Source: an uncultured Chloroflexia bacterium
GTDB taxonomy: Bacteria > Chloroflexota > Limnocylindria > Limnocylindrales > CSP1-4
NCBI GenBank assembly: GCA_963749705.1
Contig: CAVVNQ010000004.1
Span: forward strand, 96,001-160,000
DNA length: 64,000 bases
Reading direction: 5' to 3'
Shown: piece by piece, positions 10,213 to 20,468 of the stretch
Position numbering within the stretch: position 1 is the stretch's first letter
How the letters are laid out: every line of letters starts with the position of its first letter
The notes under the pieces: model-generated
What the model saw: the letters and a program-made list of their open reading frames with translations, nothing else
Told to the model about the DNA's origin: nothing
The model's database searches: none
Program-made: the position numbers and the translations under genes

Positions 10213-10364
10213 CGCTCCGGCGTTTCCTCGAGGTCGTGTCGATCGCGCTGGGCCCGACGCTCCGGCCCGCGATCGACCGACCGGCGCATTATCATCTTGA
10301 TCCCGGAAAGCACCTAAGTCAACGCACTCGCACAAAAAAAGTTGTTCGAATCCGCGCGAGTCTC

Positions 10365-10393
10365 TTGACATTGCGCAATCTGGTCGCAACAAT
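10365..10393 (+). promoter_or_regulatory. Sigma70-type promoter of the sugar ABC operon with an overlapping palindrome
   Basis: TTGACA (10365-10370), 17-nt spacer, AACAAT (10388-10393). Perfect palindrome ATTGCGCAAT at 10370-10379. Locally AT-rich. Confidence 0.6.
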
Positions 10394-10451
10394 CCCACTT
10401 GTCGGCCCGGCCCGCATGTGCATCGCGGAAGGTCGCGGAGGAGGTTTCAGC

Positions 10452-11822
10452 ATGGCTGATCACGACGGCCACCTTTCCGTCACGCGCCGCCAGGTGCTCA
10501 AGGGAGGCGCTGCTGTCGCGGCGCTGGGCGGAGTCTCCGCCTTCCTCGCGGCCTGCGGCTCCGCGGGCGCGACCACGGCGCCCCCGGCCTCGTCAACCGC
10601 ACCGGCTGCGTCTGCTGCCCCGCCCGAGTCCATGGCCCCGGTCACGGGCAGCCTGACGTTCGGGTCGAACTACTCCGACCAGGTCCCCAAGGACGCGATG
10701 CAGGCCGTCGTCGACGCCTTCACCGCGAAGACGAGCATCACCGTCAACGTCAACACGGTCGAGCACGGCAAGTTCCAGGACACGATCAACGCGTACCTGC
10801 AGGCGACACCGGACGATGCGTTCACCTGGTTCGCCGGCTACCGGATGCAGTTCTTCGCCGCCCAGGGCCTGGCCCTCGATATCAGCGACGTCTGGAGTCA
10901 GGTCGGCTCGAACTTCACCGACCCCATCAAGGCCGCCTCGACCGGCGCCGACGGCAAGCAGTACTTCGTCCCGTTCTACAACTACCCGTGGGGCGTCGCG
11001 TACCGGAAGAGCTTCTTCACCGAGAAGGGCTACACGGTCCCCAAGACACTCAGCGAGTTCACGGCGCTTGGCGACAAGATGAAGGCCGATGGGCTCATCC
11101 CGCTCGCGTTCGGCGATAAGGACGGCTGGCCCGCGATGGGCACGTTCGACATCCTCAACATGCGGATGAACGGCTACGACTACCACATCGGGCTCATGGC
11201 CGGCAAGGAGAAGTGGACGGACGCGAAGACCAAGGCCGTGTTCCAGAAGTGGGCGGAGCTGCTCCCCTACTTCGATCCGCAACCGTTGGGCAAGACCTGG
11301 CAGGAGGCCTGCCAGGACATGCTCAGCAATAAGGCCGGCATGTACTTCCTCGGCACCTTCCTGGGCGAGCAGGCAACCGACCCGGCTGTCCATGACGATC
11401 TGGACATGTTCCCGTTCCCGGTCTTCGGGAACGAGTACGACAGCGAGATGGCGATCGACGCCCCGATCGACGGGTTCATGGTGGCCGCGAAGGCGGTCAA
11501 CGTGGACCAGGCGAAGGCGTTCCTGGAGTACCTGGCGACCGGCGAGGCCGAGGGCATCTTCCTCAAGTCGAGCCCCAACAACGTGTTTGTCGGCAAGGAC
11601 GGCGACACGAGCACCTACACGGCGTGGCAGACGACGGCGGCTGGGATCCTCGCCGGATCCAACAAGCTCGCCCAGTTCATGGACCGGGACACCAGGCCGG
11701 ACTTCGCGGGCGCGAACGGGATGCAGGGGTTCATCCAGAACTTCCTGGGCGACCCGTCGCAGGACCTGGACAAGTTCCTGTCCGGCATCCAGGACTTCTA
11801 CGACAGCCTGCCGCCGCAGTGA
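10452..11822 (+). CDS. Carbohydrate ABC transporter substrate-binding lipoprotein (Tat-exported)
   Basis: GGAGG RBS, TRRQVLKG twin-arginine motif, LAAC lipobox, CUT1 SBP motifs (DGKQYFVP, PIDGFM). Confidence 0.92.
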   Translation: MADHDGHLSVTRRQVLKGGAAVAALGGVSAFLAACGSAGATTAPPASSTAPAASAAPPESMAPVTGSLTFGSNYSDQVPKDAMQAVVDAFTAKTSITVNVNTVEHGKFQDTINAYLQATPDDAFTWFAGYRMQFFAAQGLALDISDVWSQVGSNFTDPIKAASTGADGKQYFVPFYNYPWGVAYRKSFFTEKGYTVPKTLSEFTALGDKMKADGLIPLAFGDKDGWPAMGTFDILNMRMNGYDYHIGLMAGKEKWTDAKTKAVFQKWAELLPYFDPQPLGKTWQEACQDMLSNKAGMYFLGTFLGEQATDPAVHDDLDMFPFPVFGNEYDSEMAIDAPIDGFMVAAKAVNVDQAKAFLEYLATGEAEGIFLKSSPNNVFVGKDGDTSTYTAWQTTAAGILAGSNKLAQFMDRDTRPDFAGANGMQGFIQNFLGDPSQDLDKFLSGIQDFYDSLPPQ

Positions 11823-11853
11823 TCACCAGCTGAGGCCAACGAACGAGCGCCCC

Positions 11854-12864
11854 ATGACGCAGTCCGTTCCGCAGAGCGCCCCGCCGGCCAGCACCGGCGG
11901 GGCGTCCCTGTCCCAGGGCCCATCGGCCACGGGTCCGCGTCGCTCACGGCGGCGGTTCAGCCTGCTCACGCGTCGCGACAAGGTGACCCTGGCGCTCATG
12001 GTCGGGATCCCGGCCTTCATCCACATCTTCCTGATCTGGCTGCCGACCCTGGGCTCGATCATCCTGTCATTCACCGACTGGAACGGCATCGGCGGGCTGG
12101 ACAAGATCAAGTTCGTCGGGCTCAAGAACTACGACACTCTGGTCAACCTCTACCAGCCGTTCTGGCCTGCGCTCCAGAACAACATCATCTGGCTGGTGGT
12201 GTTCCTGTTCATCGCCACGCCGCTGGGCATGCTGATGGCCGTGATCCTGGACCAGAACATCCGGGGCACCCGGATCTACCAGAGCGTGCTGTACATGCCG
12301 GTCGTGCTGTCACTGGCGATCGTCGGCTTCATCTGGGAGCTGATCTACTCCCCCGGCCAGGGGTTCATCAACAACATGCTGGTCCTGGTCACCGGCGACC
12401 AGCGGTGGGTCACATCGGGCACCACGATCGACTGGCTGGGGACCCGCGGGCTCAACTTCGCCGCCGTGATGGTCGCCGCCAGCTGGCGCCACGTCGGCTA
12501 CATCATGGTCCTCTACCTGGCGGGGCTGAAGAGCGTGGACAACACACTCCGGGAGGCGGCCTCGATCGACGGTGCGAACGCCCGCCAGACGTTCTTCCGG
12601 GTGGTGTTCCCGGTCCTCGCGCCGATCAACGTCGTGGTCCTGGTGGTGACCGTGATCGAGTCGCTGCGCGCGTTCGACATCGTGTACATCATCAACAAGG
12701 GCCTCAACGGCCTCGGTCTGCTGTCGGTCCTGATCACCACGAACCTGCTGGGTGAGGCGAGCCTGGTCGGGTTCGGGTCCGCGATCGCGGTGATCCTGCT
12801 GCTGATCTCGATCGGCCCGATCAGCTTCTACCTGTACCGGGTGCTGCGCGAGGAGCCGGCGTGA
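11854..12864 (+). CDS. Carbohydrate ABC permease
   Basis: Hydrophobic; SFTDWNG, FVGLKNY, EAA loop LREAASIDGA. Confidence 0.93.
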   Translation: MTQSVPQSAPPASTGGASLSQGPSATGPRRSRRRFSLLTRRDKVTLALMVGIPAFIHIFLIWLPTLGSIILSFTDWNGIGGLDKIKFVGLKNYDTLVNLYQPFWPALQNNIIWLVVFLFIATPLGMLMAVILDQNIRGTRIYQSVLYMPVVLSLAIVGFIWELIYSPGQGFINNMLVLVTGDQRWVTSGTTIDWLGTRGLNFAAVMVAASWRHVGYIMVLYLAGLKSVDNTLREAASIDGANARQTFFRVVFPVLAPINVVVLVVTVIESLRAFDIVYIINKGLNGLGLLSVLITTNLLGEASLVGFGSAIAVILLLISIGPISFYLYRVLREEPA

Positions 12865-13763
12865 CCGCGGCCACGCTCCCGCACGCCCAGGCCACCGTCG
12901 CCAGGAAGAAGGGGCGTCGGCCGAAGTACGGCACCCACGCGTTCCTGATCGCGATGTGCGTGCTGTGGATCTTCCCGCTCGCGTGGACGATCTACACCGC
13001 GTTCCGGCCCTACGGCGAGACGGCCCGGCTGGGCTACGTGTCGGTCGGCGGTGCCTACAACCTCGACAACTTCTTCAACGCCGCCAAGGGGATGGACCTG
13101 TGGCTGCACCTGTTCGACACGCTGATCGTGGTCGTGCCGGCGATGATCCTGGTCCTGTTCTTCGCGTCCATGATCGCGTTCGCGGTGTCGCGCTACAGCT
13201 TCCGGTTCAACGTCGCGATGCTGATGCTGTTCACGGCCGGCAACCTGCTGCCCCAGCAGGTCGTGATCACCCCGCTGTACCGGATGTACCTCGCGCTGCC
13301 GCTGTTCTCGCCGCTGGCCGACCGCGGGATCTGGTACGACACGTTCTTCGGGATGATCGCGATCCATATTGCGTTCCAGCTCGGGTTCTGCACGTTCGTG
13401 CTGTCCAACTACTTCAAGCAGGTTCCCAAGGAGATCAACGAGGCGGCAGTGATGGACGGGGCGTCCGTGTGGAAGACCTACTGGTCCGTGCTCCTGCCGC
13501 TCACCCGCCCGGCGCTGGCGGCGCTTGCCACGCTCGAGTTCACATGGATCTACAACGACTTCTTCTGGGGCCTCCTGCTCATGCGGACGGGCGCCAAGTT
13601 CCCGATCACCCCGGCCCTCAGCCAGCTGTCGGGCCAGTTCTTCACCGACAACAACCTGCTCGCGGCGGGGGCGCTTCTCGTTGCGTTGCCGACGCTGATC
13701 GTGTACTTCGCGCTCCAGAAGCACTTCGTCGCCGGCCTGACCCTGGGCTCGACCAAGGGCTGA
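12861..13763 (+). CDS. Carbohydrate ABC permease
   Basis: EINEAAVMDGAS, WIYNDFFW, QKHFVAGLTLGSTKG. Confidence 0.93.
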   Translation: MTAATLPHAQATVARKKGRRPKYGTHAFLIAMCVLWIFPLAWTIYTAFRPYGETARLGYVSVGGAYNLDNFFNAAKGMDLWLHLFDTLIVVVPAMILVLFFASMIAFAVSRYSFRFNVAMLMLFTAGNLLPQQVVITPLYRMYLALPLFSPLADRGIWYDTFFGMIAIHIAFQLGFCTFVLSNYFKQVPKEINEAAVMDGASVWKTYWSVLLPLTRPALAALATLEFTWIYNDFFWGLLLMRTGAKFPITPALSQLSGQFFTDNNLLAAGALLVALPTLIVYFALQKHFVAGLTLGSTKG

Positions 13764-13809
13764 CATGCGACCCCCGGCCACCTGGGCCGGGTCGAGGAGG
13801 AACCGCACG

Positions 13810-16800
13810 ATGTCGCCCGCGCCGTGGGCCGACCCGGAGCTGACCGGCCGTGGCCGGCTGCCGATGCATGCCGTCCCCCACCTCGACCGGCTCGAGCTCG
13901 ACGGGACCTGGCGGTTCCAGCTGCTCCACCGGCCGGACGATCCGGTCGGCGACGGCGACTCCTGGCGCGAGATCGACGTCCCGGGTTGCTGGACGATGCA
14001 GGACACCTGGGATGGCCCGATCTACACCAACGTCCAGATGCCGTTCCCCGACCGGCCGCCGGCCACGCCCGAGGAGAACCCGACGGGCGTCTACGAGCGC
14101 TCGTTCGAGGTGCCGGCCGCGTGGGCGGACCGTCGGATCGTGCTCCACGTCGGAGCTGCAGAGAGCGTGCTCGTCGCGCAGCTCAACGGCGTCGAGGTGG
14201 GCATCAGCAAGGACTCGCACCTGGCCGCCGAGTTCGAGATCAGCGGCCTGGCTGCGACCGGGCGCCAACGACCTGCGGCTGACCGTCGTCAAGTGGTCCG
14301 ACGCGTCGTTCATCGAGGACCAGGACCAGTGGTGGCACGGCGGGATCACCCGCTCTGTGTTCCTGTACGCGACCGGTCCGGTGCATCTGGCCGATCTCCG
14401 AATCGACACCGGGCTGGACCCGGATCTCGCGACCGGGACGCTGGAGCTCGAGGTCGCGCTGGGCTGGCCCGATGGCTCGGCGCTGGAGCCCGGCTGGCTG
14501 GTGGAGGCCGCGATCGAGGGCGTCGCGGCGCCGCTGGTCGCGGTCGTGCCGGACGCACCCACGGCCGATCGCGGTCCGGGCGCGTTCGTGGTGCCGGGGC
14601 CGCCCCGGCGCGGGATCCTCGACCTCCAAAGCCTCAACGCATCGGGCACGCTCACCGACCCGGAGGACCAGGCGCGATGGCGGGAGGCGGAAGCGGTGGT
14701 CCGGCCGCCCCGCGTCGGCCGCGCACGGCTCGGCGCCCGGATCGACGGCGTGACGCCGTGGTCCGCGGAGGTGCCCGCGCTGCGGACGCTGAGCGTCGTA
14801 CTCCGCGCGCCGGACGGCAAGGTCACGGAGCGGATCGAGCGCCCGATCGGCTTCCGGCGGATCGAGGTTCGCGGTGTCGAACTGCTGGTCAACGGGCGGG
14901 CCGTGCTCATCCGCGGCGTCAACCGCCACGACTTCGACCGCCGGACCGGAAGGGTGGTGTCGGCCGAGGACATGCTCGCCGATGTGATCGCGATGAAGCG
15001 GTGGGGCTTCAACGCGCTGCGCACCTCGCATTACCCCAACGACCCGTACCTGCTCGACGTGTGCGACGAGCTGGGGCTGTACGTCATCGACGAGGCGGAC
15101 ATCGAGTCCCACGGCTGGTACGACGACGTGTGCCACGACCCTCGCTACCGGGCGGCGTTCGTGGACCGGGTCGCGCGGATGATCGAACGCGACCGGCACC
15201 ACCCCTCGATCATCTCCTGGTCGCTGGGCAACGAATCGGGCTACGGCGCCAACCATGACGCGGCCGCCGGCTGGGCGCGTAGGGCGGACCCCTCGCGGCC
15301 GCTCCACTACGAGGGCGCGATCCGGTTCGACTGGACCAGCGCCCAGACGGCGAGCGACCTCACCTGCCCGATGTACCCGCCCATCTCGGCGATCGTCGCG
15401 CACGCCCGGTCAGGCCTCCAGCGGCACCCGCTGATCATGTGCGAGTTCAGCCACGCGATGGGCAACAGCAACGGCACGCTGGCCGAGCACTGGGACGCGA
15501 TCGAGGCCACGCCCGGGCTCCAGGGCGGGTTCATCTGGGAGTGGCGCGACCACGGCCTCGACCAGCTGCTGCCCGACGGGACGGTGCGCGCCGCCTACGG
15601 CGGCGACTTCGGCGACGTGCCCAACGACGGGACGTTCGTGCTCGACGGGATGGTGTTCCCGGACCGGCGGCCAAAGCCCGCGATGTTCGAGCACATGCAC
15701 CTCGCGTCTCCGGTCCGGGCCGCGACCGACGACACCGCCATCGCCGCCGCGCGCGAGGGACGAGCCGCCCTCGAGAACCGGGGCGAGTTCCGCGACAACG
15801 GCTGGCTGCGCGCCACCTGGGAGGTGACCGTCGACGGCGAGCCGGTCACCGGCGGCGACCTGCCGCTGCCCTCGATCGCCCCGGGTGACCGGGCCGAGGT
15901 GACCATCCCCGGCTGGCGCCTGCCACCGGAGGGCGGCGAACGCTGGCTCACCCTGCGGTTCCTGACCGCCGACGCCACCGGATGGGCGCCGGCGGGCCAC
16001 GAGATGGGCTGGGCACAGGTGCCGCTCGATGCGGCAACCGGGCCCGGCGCCGCCGCCTCGACGGCGGCGGGCTGGACCGGCGGCGTCGTCCTGAACGAAG
16101 CGGGGCAGCTCCTCCTCCCCGCGTTCGCGGCGCCGCCGGCCCTGTCCCTGTGGCGGGCGCCCACCGACAACGACCGGATCGGCGGCATGGCGCAGCGCTG
16201 GGCCGGCTGGGGACTGGCGAGCCTGACCCGTCGCCTGGAGAGCATCGAGCGCGCGGCCGATGCGGTGACGGTCCGGTCGACGTGGACGACCGGGACCGGG
16301 ATCGAGCTGGCGCACGTCCAGCGGATGGCGGTCGCGCCCGACGGCCGGATCCGTGTCGATGAGGCGGTCGAGGTGCCGGCGATCCTCGACGACCTGCCGC
16401 GGGTGGGGACCGTGCTCGAGCTGGCCGCCGGCCACGAGGACCTCGAATGGTTCGGTCGCGGGCCGCACGAGACGTACCCCGACCGCCGGCGCGGCGGGCA
16501 GGTCGGCCGATGGCGGTCGACGGTGACGGACGCGGCGACGCGCTACCTGCGGCCGCAGGAGAACGGCGGGCACGCCGACACGCGCTGGCTGCGCATCTCC
16601 GGACGCGGCGCCGGGGTCCGGCTCGACCTCGACCGGCCGCGCCAGGTCTCGGTCACGCACCTGCGGGCGGTCGACCTCGACGCGGCGGCCCATGACGACG
16701 AGCTGCGACCGTGCCCCGAGACGATCGTCCATCTCGATGCCGCGCATCGTGGCGTGGGCACCGCCAGCTGCGGGCCGGATACCCTCGAGCCGTACGTCCT

Positions 16801-16858
16801 GCGCCCGGGCACGTACCGCTGGGCGTGGACGATCTCGACGGAGACCACCCCCGCATGA
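13810..16858 (+). CDS. lacZ: GH2 beta-galactosidase (LacZ-like) with an apparent 1-nt frameshift near 14250
   Basis: YTNVQMPF, GISKDSHLAAEF in one frame; KWSDASFIEDQDQWW, GVNRHD, RTSHYPN, WSLGNES, CEFSHAMGNS in the next. Removing one G at 14250-14251 joins them. Confidence 0.88.
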
Positions 16859-16871
16859 GGATCCGCCCGAC

Positions 16872-19118
16872 ATGACGATCCACTGGGACGAGGACGCTCG
16901 CGAATGGCACCTCGCGAACGGCCGGATCAGCTATGCGCTGCGGGTGCTCGAGAACGGCTGGCTCGGCCATCTCCACGCGGGTGCGCCGCTGGCGGCCGGT
17001 GGCTCGCTGCGCCACCTCGGCCCCGACGCGTTCAGCGGGTTCTCGAACCGCGTCGGTGAGCCCGTCGCGCTCGAGGTCCCGGTCCCGGGCGTCGGCGACT
17101 GGCGGATCCCGGCGCTCGTCGTCGAGGCTGCGGACGGCTCGACCGTCCTCGACCTCCGCTACGCGGGCCATCGGATCCTGGCCGGCAAGCCGGACCTCCA
17201 GGGCCTGCCGTCGACGTACGTCGAAGATCCTGCCGAGGCGGAGACGCTCGAGATCGACCTCGACGACGCGCCCACCGGGCTGCGTGTCACGCTCCGCCTC
17301 ACGCTGTTCGCGGACCGGCCGATCGTGGCGCGCTCGATGATGCTGGCCAATCGCGGCGCGGCGGCGCTGACCGTGCGCTGCGCGATGAGCGCGTCGCTGG
17401 ACCTGCCCGACGCCGACTGGGCCCTGATGACGCTCAGCGGCGCCTGGGCACGCGAGCGTCACGTCCAGGACCGTCCGCTGGTTCCCGGCCGGCAGTCGGT
17501 GGGCAGCGCGCGGGGAGCGTCGGGCCTGGAGCACAACCCGTTCCTCGCCCTGCGCCGGGCGCACACGACCGAGGACACCGGCGAGGCACTCGGCCTGAGC
17601 CTTGTCTACTCGGGCAGCTTCCTGGCCGAGGCGGAGGTGGAGCCGCTGCGGACGGCGCGGCTGCGGATCGGCATCAACCCGGAGACGTTCGCCTGGCGGC
17701 TCGAGCCAGATGCCGCGTTCACCACGCCGGAAGCCGTCCTCGCCTGGTCCGGCGAGGGCCTCGGCGGCCTCAGCGAGGCGTTCCACGGCCTGTACGGATC
17801 CCGGCTCGTCCGCGGCCCGTGGCGCGACCGGCCCCGGCCGGTGGTGCTCAACAACTGGGAGGGCACGTTCTTCGACTTCGACCACGACCGGCTGGTCGCC
17901 ATGGCCACCAAGGCCCGGGAGCTGGGCGTCGAGCTGTTCGTGCTCGACGACGGCTGGTTCGGCCACCGCAACAACGACGACTCGTCGCTGGGCGACTGGA
18001 TCGTCGACCGGCGCAAGCTGCCCGGCGGGCTCGAGGCGCTCGCGCGCGACCTCCACGGGCTCGGGCTGCGCTTCGGCCTGTGGATCGAGCCCGAGATGGT
18101 CAACCCCGACAGCGACCTGTACCGCGCGCATCCCGACTGGGCGATCGGTGTGCCCGGCCGGCCGCACACCGAGAGCCGCCAGCAGCTCGTCCTCGACCTG
18201 TCGCGACCCGAGGTCGTCGACCACCTGGCCGACGCGCTGATCGCGGTCCTCTCGAGCGCGCCGATCGACTACGTCAAGTGGGACATGAACCGCAACATCA
18301 CCGAGCCATGGACGCCGTCGCTGCCCGCCGACCGCCAGGGCGAGCTGCTCCACCGCTACATCCTCGGCGTGTACGAGCTGTACCGACGGCTGGTCGAGCG
18401 GTTCCCGGACATCCTGTTCGAGTCGTGCGCCAGCGGCGGTGGGCGCTTCGACCCCGGCATGCTGGCCTACGCCCCGCAGACCTGGACCAGCGACGACACG
18501 GATGCGGTCGAGCGGCTCCGGATCCAGTGGGGCACGTCGCTCGTGTACCCGGTGTCGTCGATGGCGGCCCACGTGTCCGCCGTGCCCAACCATCAGACGG
18601 GCCGGATCGTCCCGATCTCGACCCGCGCCGCGGTCGCGATGTTCGGCGTGTTCGGGTACGAGCTGGATCCGACCGCGATGAGCGCGGCCGAGCACGATGC
18701 GGTCCGAACGCAGATCGCCTGGTACGTCGAGCGCCGCGAGCTCCTCCAGCACGGACGGTTCCTGCGGCTCCGGAGCCCGTTCGAGGGCGACGGCAACGAG
18801 ACGGCCTGGATGGTGGTCGATGGTGACGGGGGCCACGCGATCGTCGCCCACTACCGAGTCCTGTCCCACCCGCTGCCCGTGCGCAACCGGCTTCGGCTGC
18901 GCGGCCTCGATCCGGCCGCCCGGTACCGGGTCAGGGCATGGTCGGACAGCCTCGGGGCTCCTGACGGGGTGATGGACCGGGCCGGAGACGAGCTGATGGC
19001 CGTGGGGCTGGCGATCGAGCCCCGCGAGCCGCAGGCCGCGGGGGTCCGGATGCACGACGGGGAGCGCGTGATCCGGGGCGACTTCGAGGCGCGACTGTTC
19101 GAGCTCGATCGAGCCTGA
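16872..19118 (+). CDS. GH36 alpha-galactosidase
   Basis: NNWEGTFFDF, FVLDDGWFG, FGLWIEPEMV, YVKWDMNR, ESCASGGGRFD, WTSDDTD. Confidence 0.96.
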   Translation: MTIHWDEDAREWHLANGRISYALRVLENGWLGHLHAGAPLAAGGSLRHLGPDAFSGFSNRVGEPVALEVPVPGVGDWRIPALVVEAADGSTVLDLRYAGHRILAGKPDLQGLPSTYVEDPAEAETLEIDLDDAPTGLRVTLRLTLFADRPIVARSMMLANRGAAALTVRCAMSASLDLPDADWALMTLSGAWARERHVQDRPLVPGRQSVGSARGASGLEHNPFLALRRAHTTEDTGEALGLSLVYSGSFLAEAEVEPLRTARLRIGINPETFAWRLEPDAAFTTPEAVLAWSGEGLGGLSEAFHGLYGSRLVRGPWRDRPRPVVLNNWEGTFFDFDHDRLVAMATKARELGVELFVLDDGWFGHRNNDDSSLGDWIVDRRKLPGGLEALARDLHGLGLRFGLWIEPEMVNPDSDLYRAHPDWAIGVPGRPHTESRQQLVLDLSRPEVVDHLADALIAVLSSAPIDYVKWDMNRNITEPWTPSLPADRQGELLHRYILGVYELYRRLVERFPDILFESCASGGGRFDPGMLAYAPQTWTSDDTDAVERLRIQWGTSLVYPVSSMAAHVSAVPNHQTGRIVPISTRAAVAMFGVFGYELDPTAMSAAEHDAVRTQIAWYVERRELLQHGRFLRLRSPFEGDGNETAWMVVDGDGGHAIVAHYRVLSHPLPVRNRLRLRGLDPAARYRVRAWSDSLGAPDGVMDRAGDELMAVGLAIEPREPQAAGVRMHDGERVIRGDFEARLFELDRA

Positions 19119-19121
19119 GGG

Positions 19122-20390
19122 TCAGCCGCCGCAGCCTTCTCCGGCCACGACGGGCGGGACCGCCGGGCCCAGCGTGAACCCCTCGCCCAGCGCCGCGAGG
19201 AAGGCGGCTCGGAGCGTCGGATCGGCCGCGATCCGCCAGTCCACGACCGCGTCGACCTCGGCTTCCGTCTTGCGCCACTCGAACCAGTTGACCATCCGGA
19301 GCCACGGGAAGCGGACCGATGCCTGCGTCCCGAACACCTGACCAAGCCACGCACGCTTGATCTCCGACTCCCCCGCCCCACCCGCGCCGGGACGGTAGAA
19401 CGCGGCGGTCTCGACGATCGCCAGCGGCTTCGAGAACCGCTCCGCGTAGCCGGTGTAGAAGTCCGGAACCGACGCCGACCCCGTCATCAGGCCCACGAAC
19501 GCACCGTCAGGCGGGAGCTCGTTCTCGCCCCACGGATACGCCAGACCCCAGAAGTACAGGCTCATGCCGACCCAGTCCACGTACCCGGGTCCCGGCCAGT
19601 ACGGCGCGTACGGATCGTCGGTCGCGTCCAGGATCCCGTCGCCGTCGGTGTCAAGGGTCGTGGCCGCCGGGCTGCCGGGCGCGGCCCCGTACCGGCCGCC
19701 GGCGTATGGGTAGCCGTCTCCCTGGTTGGGCGCCCACAGCATCGCGGACGTCGGCGAGCCGGCGTGCACCGCATCGGCGACCCGACGGAACGCCGCGACA
19801 TAGGCCGCCGGATCCTGGCCCCACGGATACCAGCTGCCGTTCATCTCGTGCGCGAACCGGACGATCGTGGGCACACGTGCCGCGCCATAGCGGGCGAGCC
19901 GGGTCGCGAGATTCGCGGCGACGGCGTCGGTCACCGCGGCCAGCCCGCCCCATGGCTCGAGCGTGACGACCAGGACGGCCCCGGCGCTCGCGGCCTGGTC
20001 CGCCGCGGCGTCGAGGTTGGCCGCGTCGCCGTCGGTGAGCGGGAACGCCACGAAGCTCACGACGTCGGCGGGTGGCCGGCCCAGCTCCGCCTCGAGCTGT
20101 GCGACGGTCTGCGACCCCCAGTCGAGGTTCATCCCCACCCAGGCGCCCGTGTCCGGCCCGTGGCGGGCAAGGGCGCCGATCGCGTCCGCCGATGACGCGC
20201 TCGATGCGCACGGGCTGGTCGCGGCCGACGGGGTGCCGGCGCTCGGGGTGCCGGCGCTCGGGGCGCTCGCCCCCGTCGATGCGGCGGGGTCGGCCGCGGG
20301 CGTCGCCGGGCCCGCGGCACACGCGGCGATGGTGACCGCGAGCACCAGGACGCGACCGGCGCGACGTACGGGAACAACGATGTGCAGCAT
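19122..20390 (-). CDS. GH26 glycoside hydrolase (beta-mannanase-like) lipoprotein
   Basis: IAAC lipobox, RFAHEMNGSWYPW, LWAPN, YWPG..YVDWVGMSLY, KPLAIVET. Start codon uncertain. Confidence 0.85.
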   Translation of the reverse strand: MLHIVVPVRRAGRVLVLAVTIAACAAGPATPAADPAASTGASAPSAGTPSAGTPSAATSPCASSASSADAIGALARHGPDTGAWVGMNLDWGSQTVAQLEAELGRPPADVVSFVAFPLTDGDAANLDAAADQAASAGAVLVVTLEPWGGLAAVTDAVAANLATRLARYGAARVPTIVRFAHEMNGSWYPWGQDPAAYVAAFRRVADAVHAGSPTSAMLWAPNQGDGYPYAGGRYGAAPGSPAATTLDTDGDGILDATDDPYAPYWPGPGYVDWVGMSLYFWGLAYPWGENELPPDGAFVGLMTGSASVPDFYTGYAERFSKPLAIVETAAFYRPGAGGAGESEIKRAWLGQVFGTQASVRFPWLRMVNWFEWRKTEAEVDAVVDWRIAADPTLRAAFLAALGEGFTLGPAVPPVVAGEGCGG

Positions 20391-20468
20391 GGGATCGTTG
20401 GCCACTGTGGAAGGCGGGTGCGACGCCGTCAACGGGACGATCGTCCGGCGGACGCCGCCAGGCTGCGA

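Noticed and set aside
14240-14265. Programmed ribosomal frameshift in GH2 (also DeoR, pstA)
   Set aside because: No slippery heptamer or stimulatory structure, and these families are not known to be recoded.
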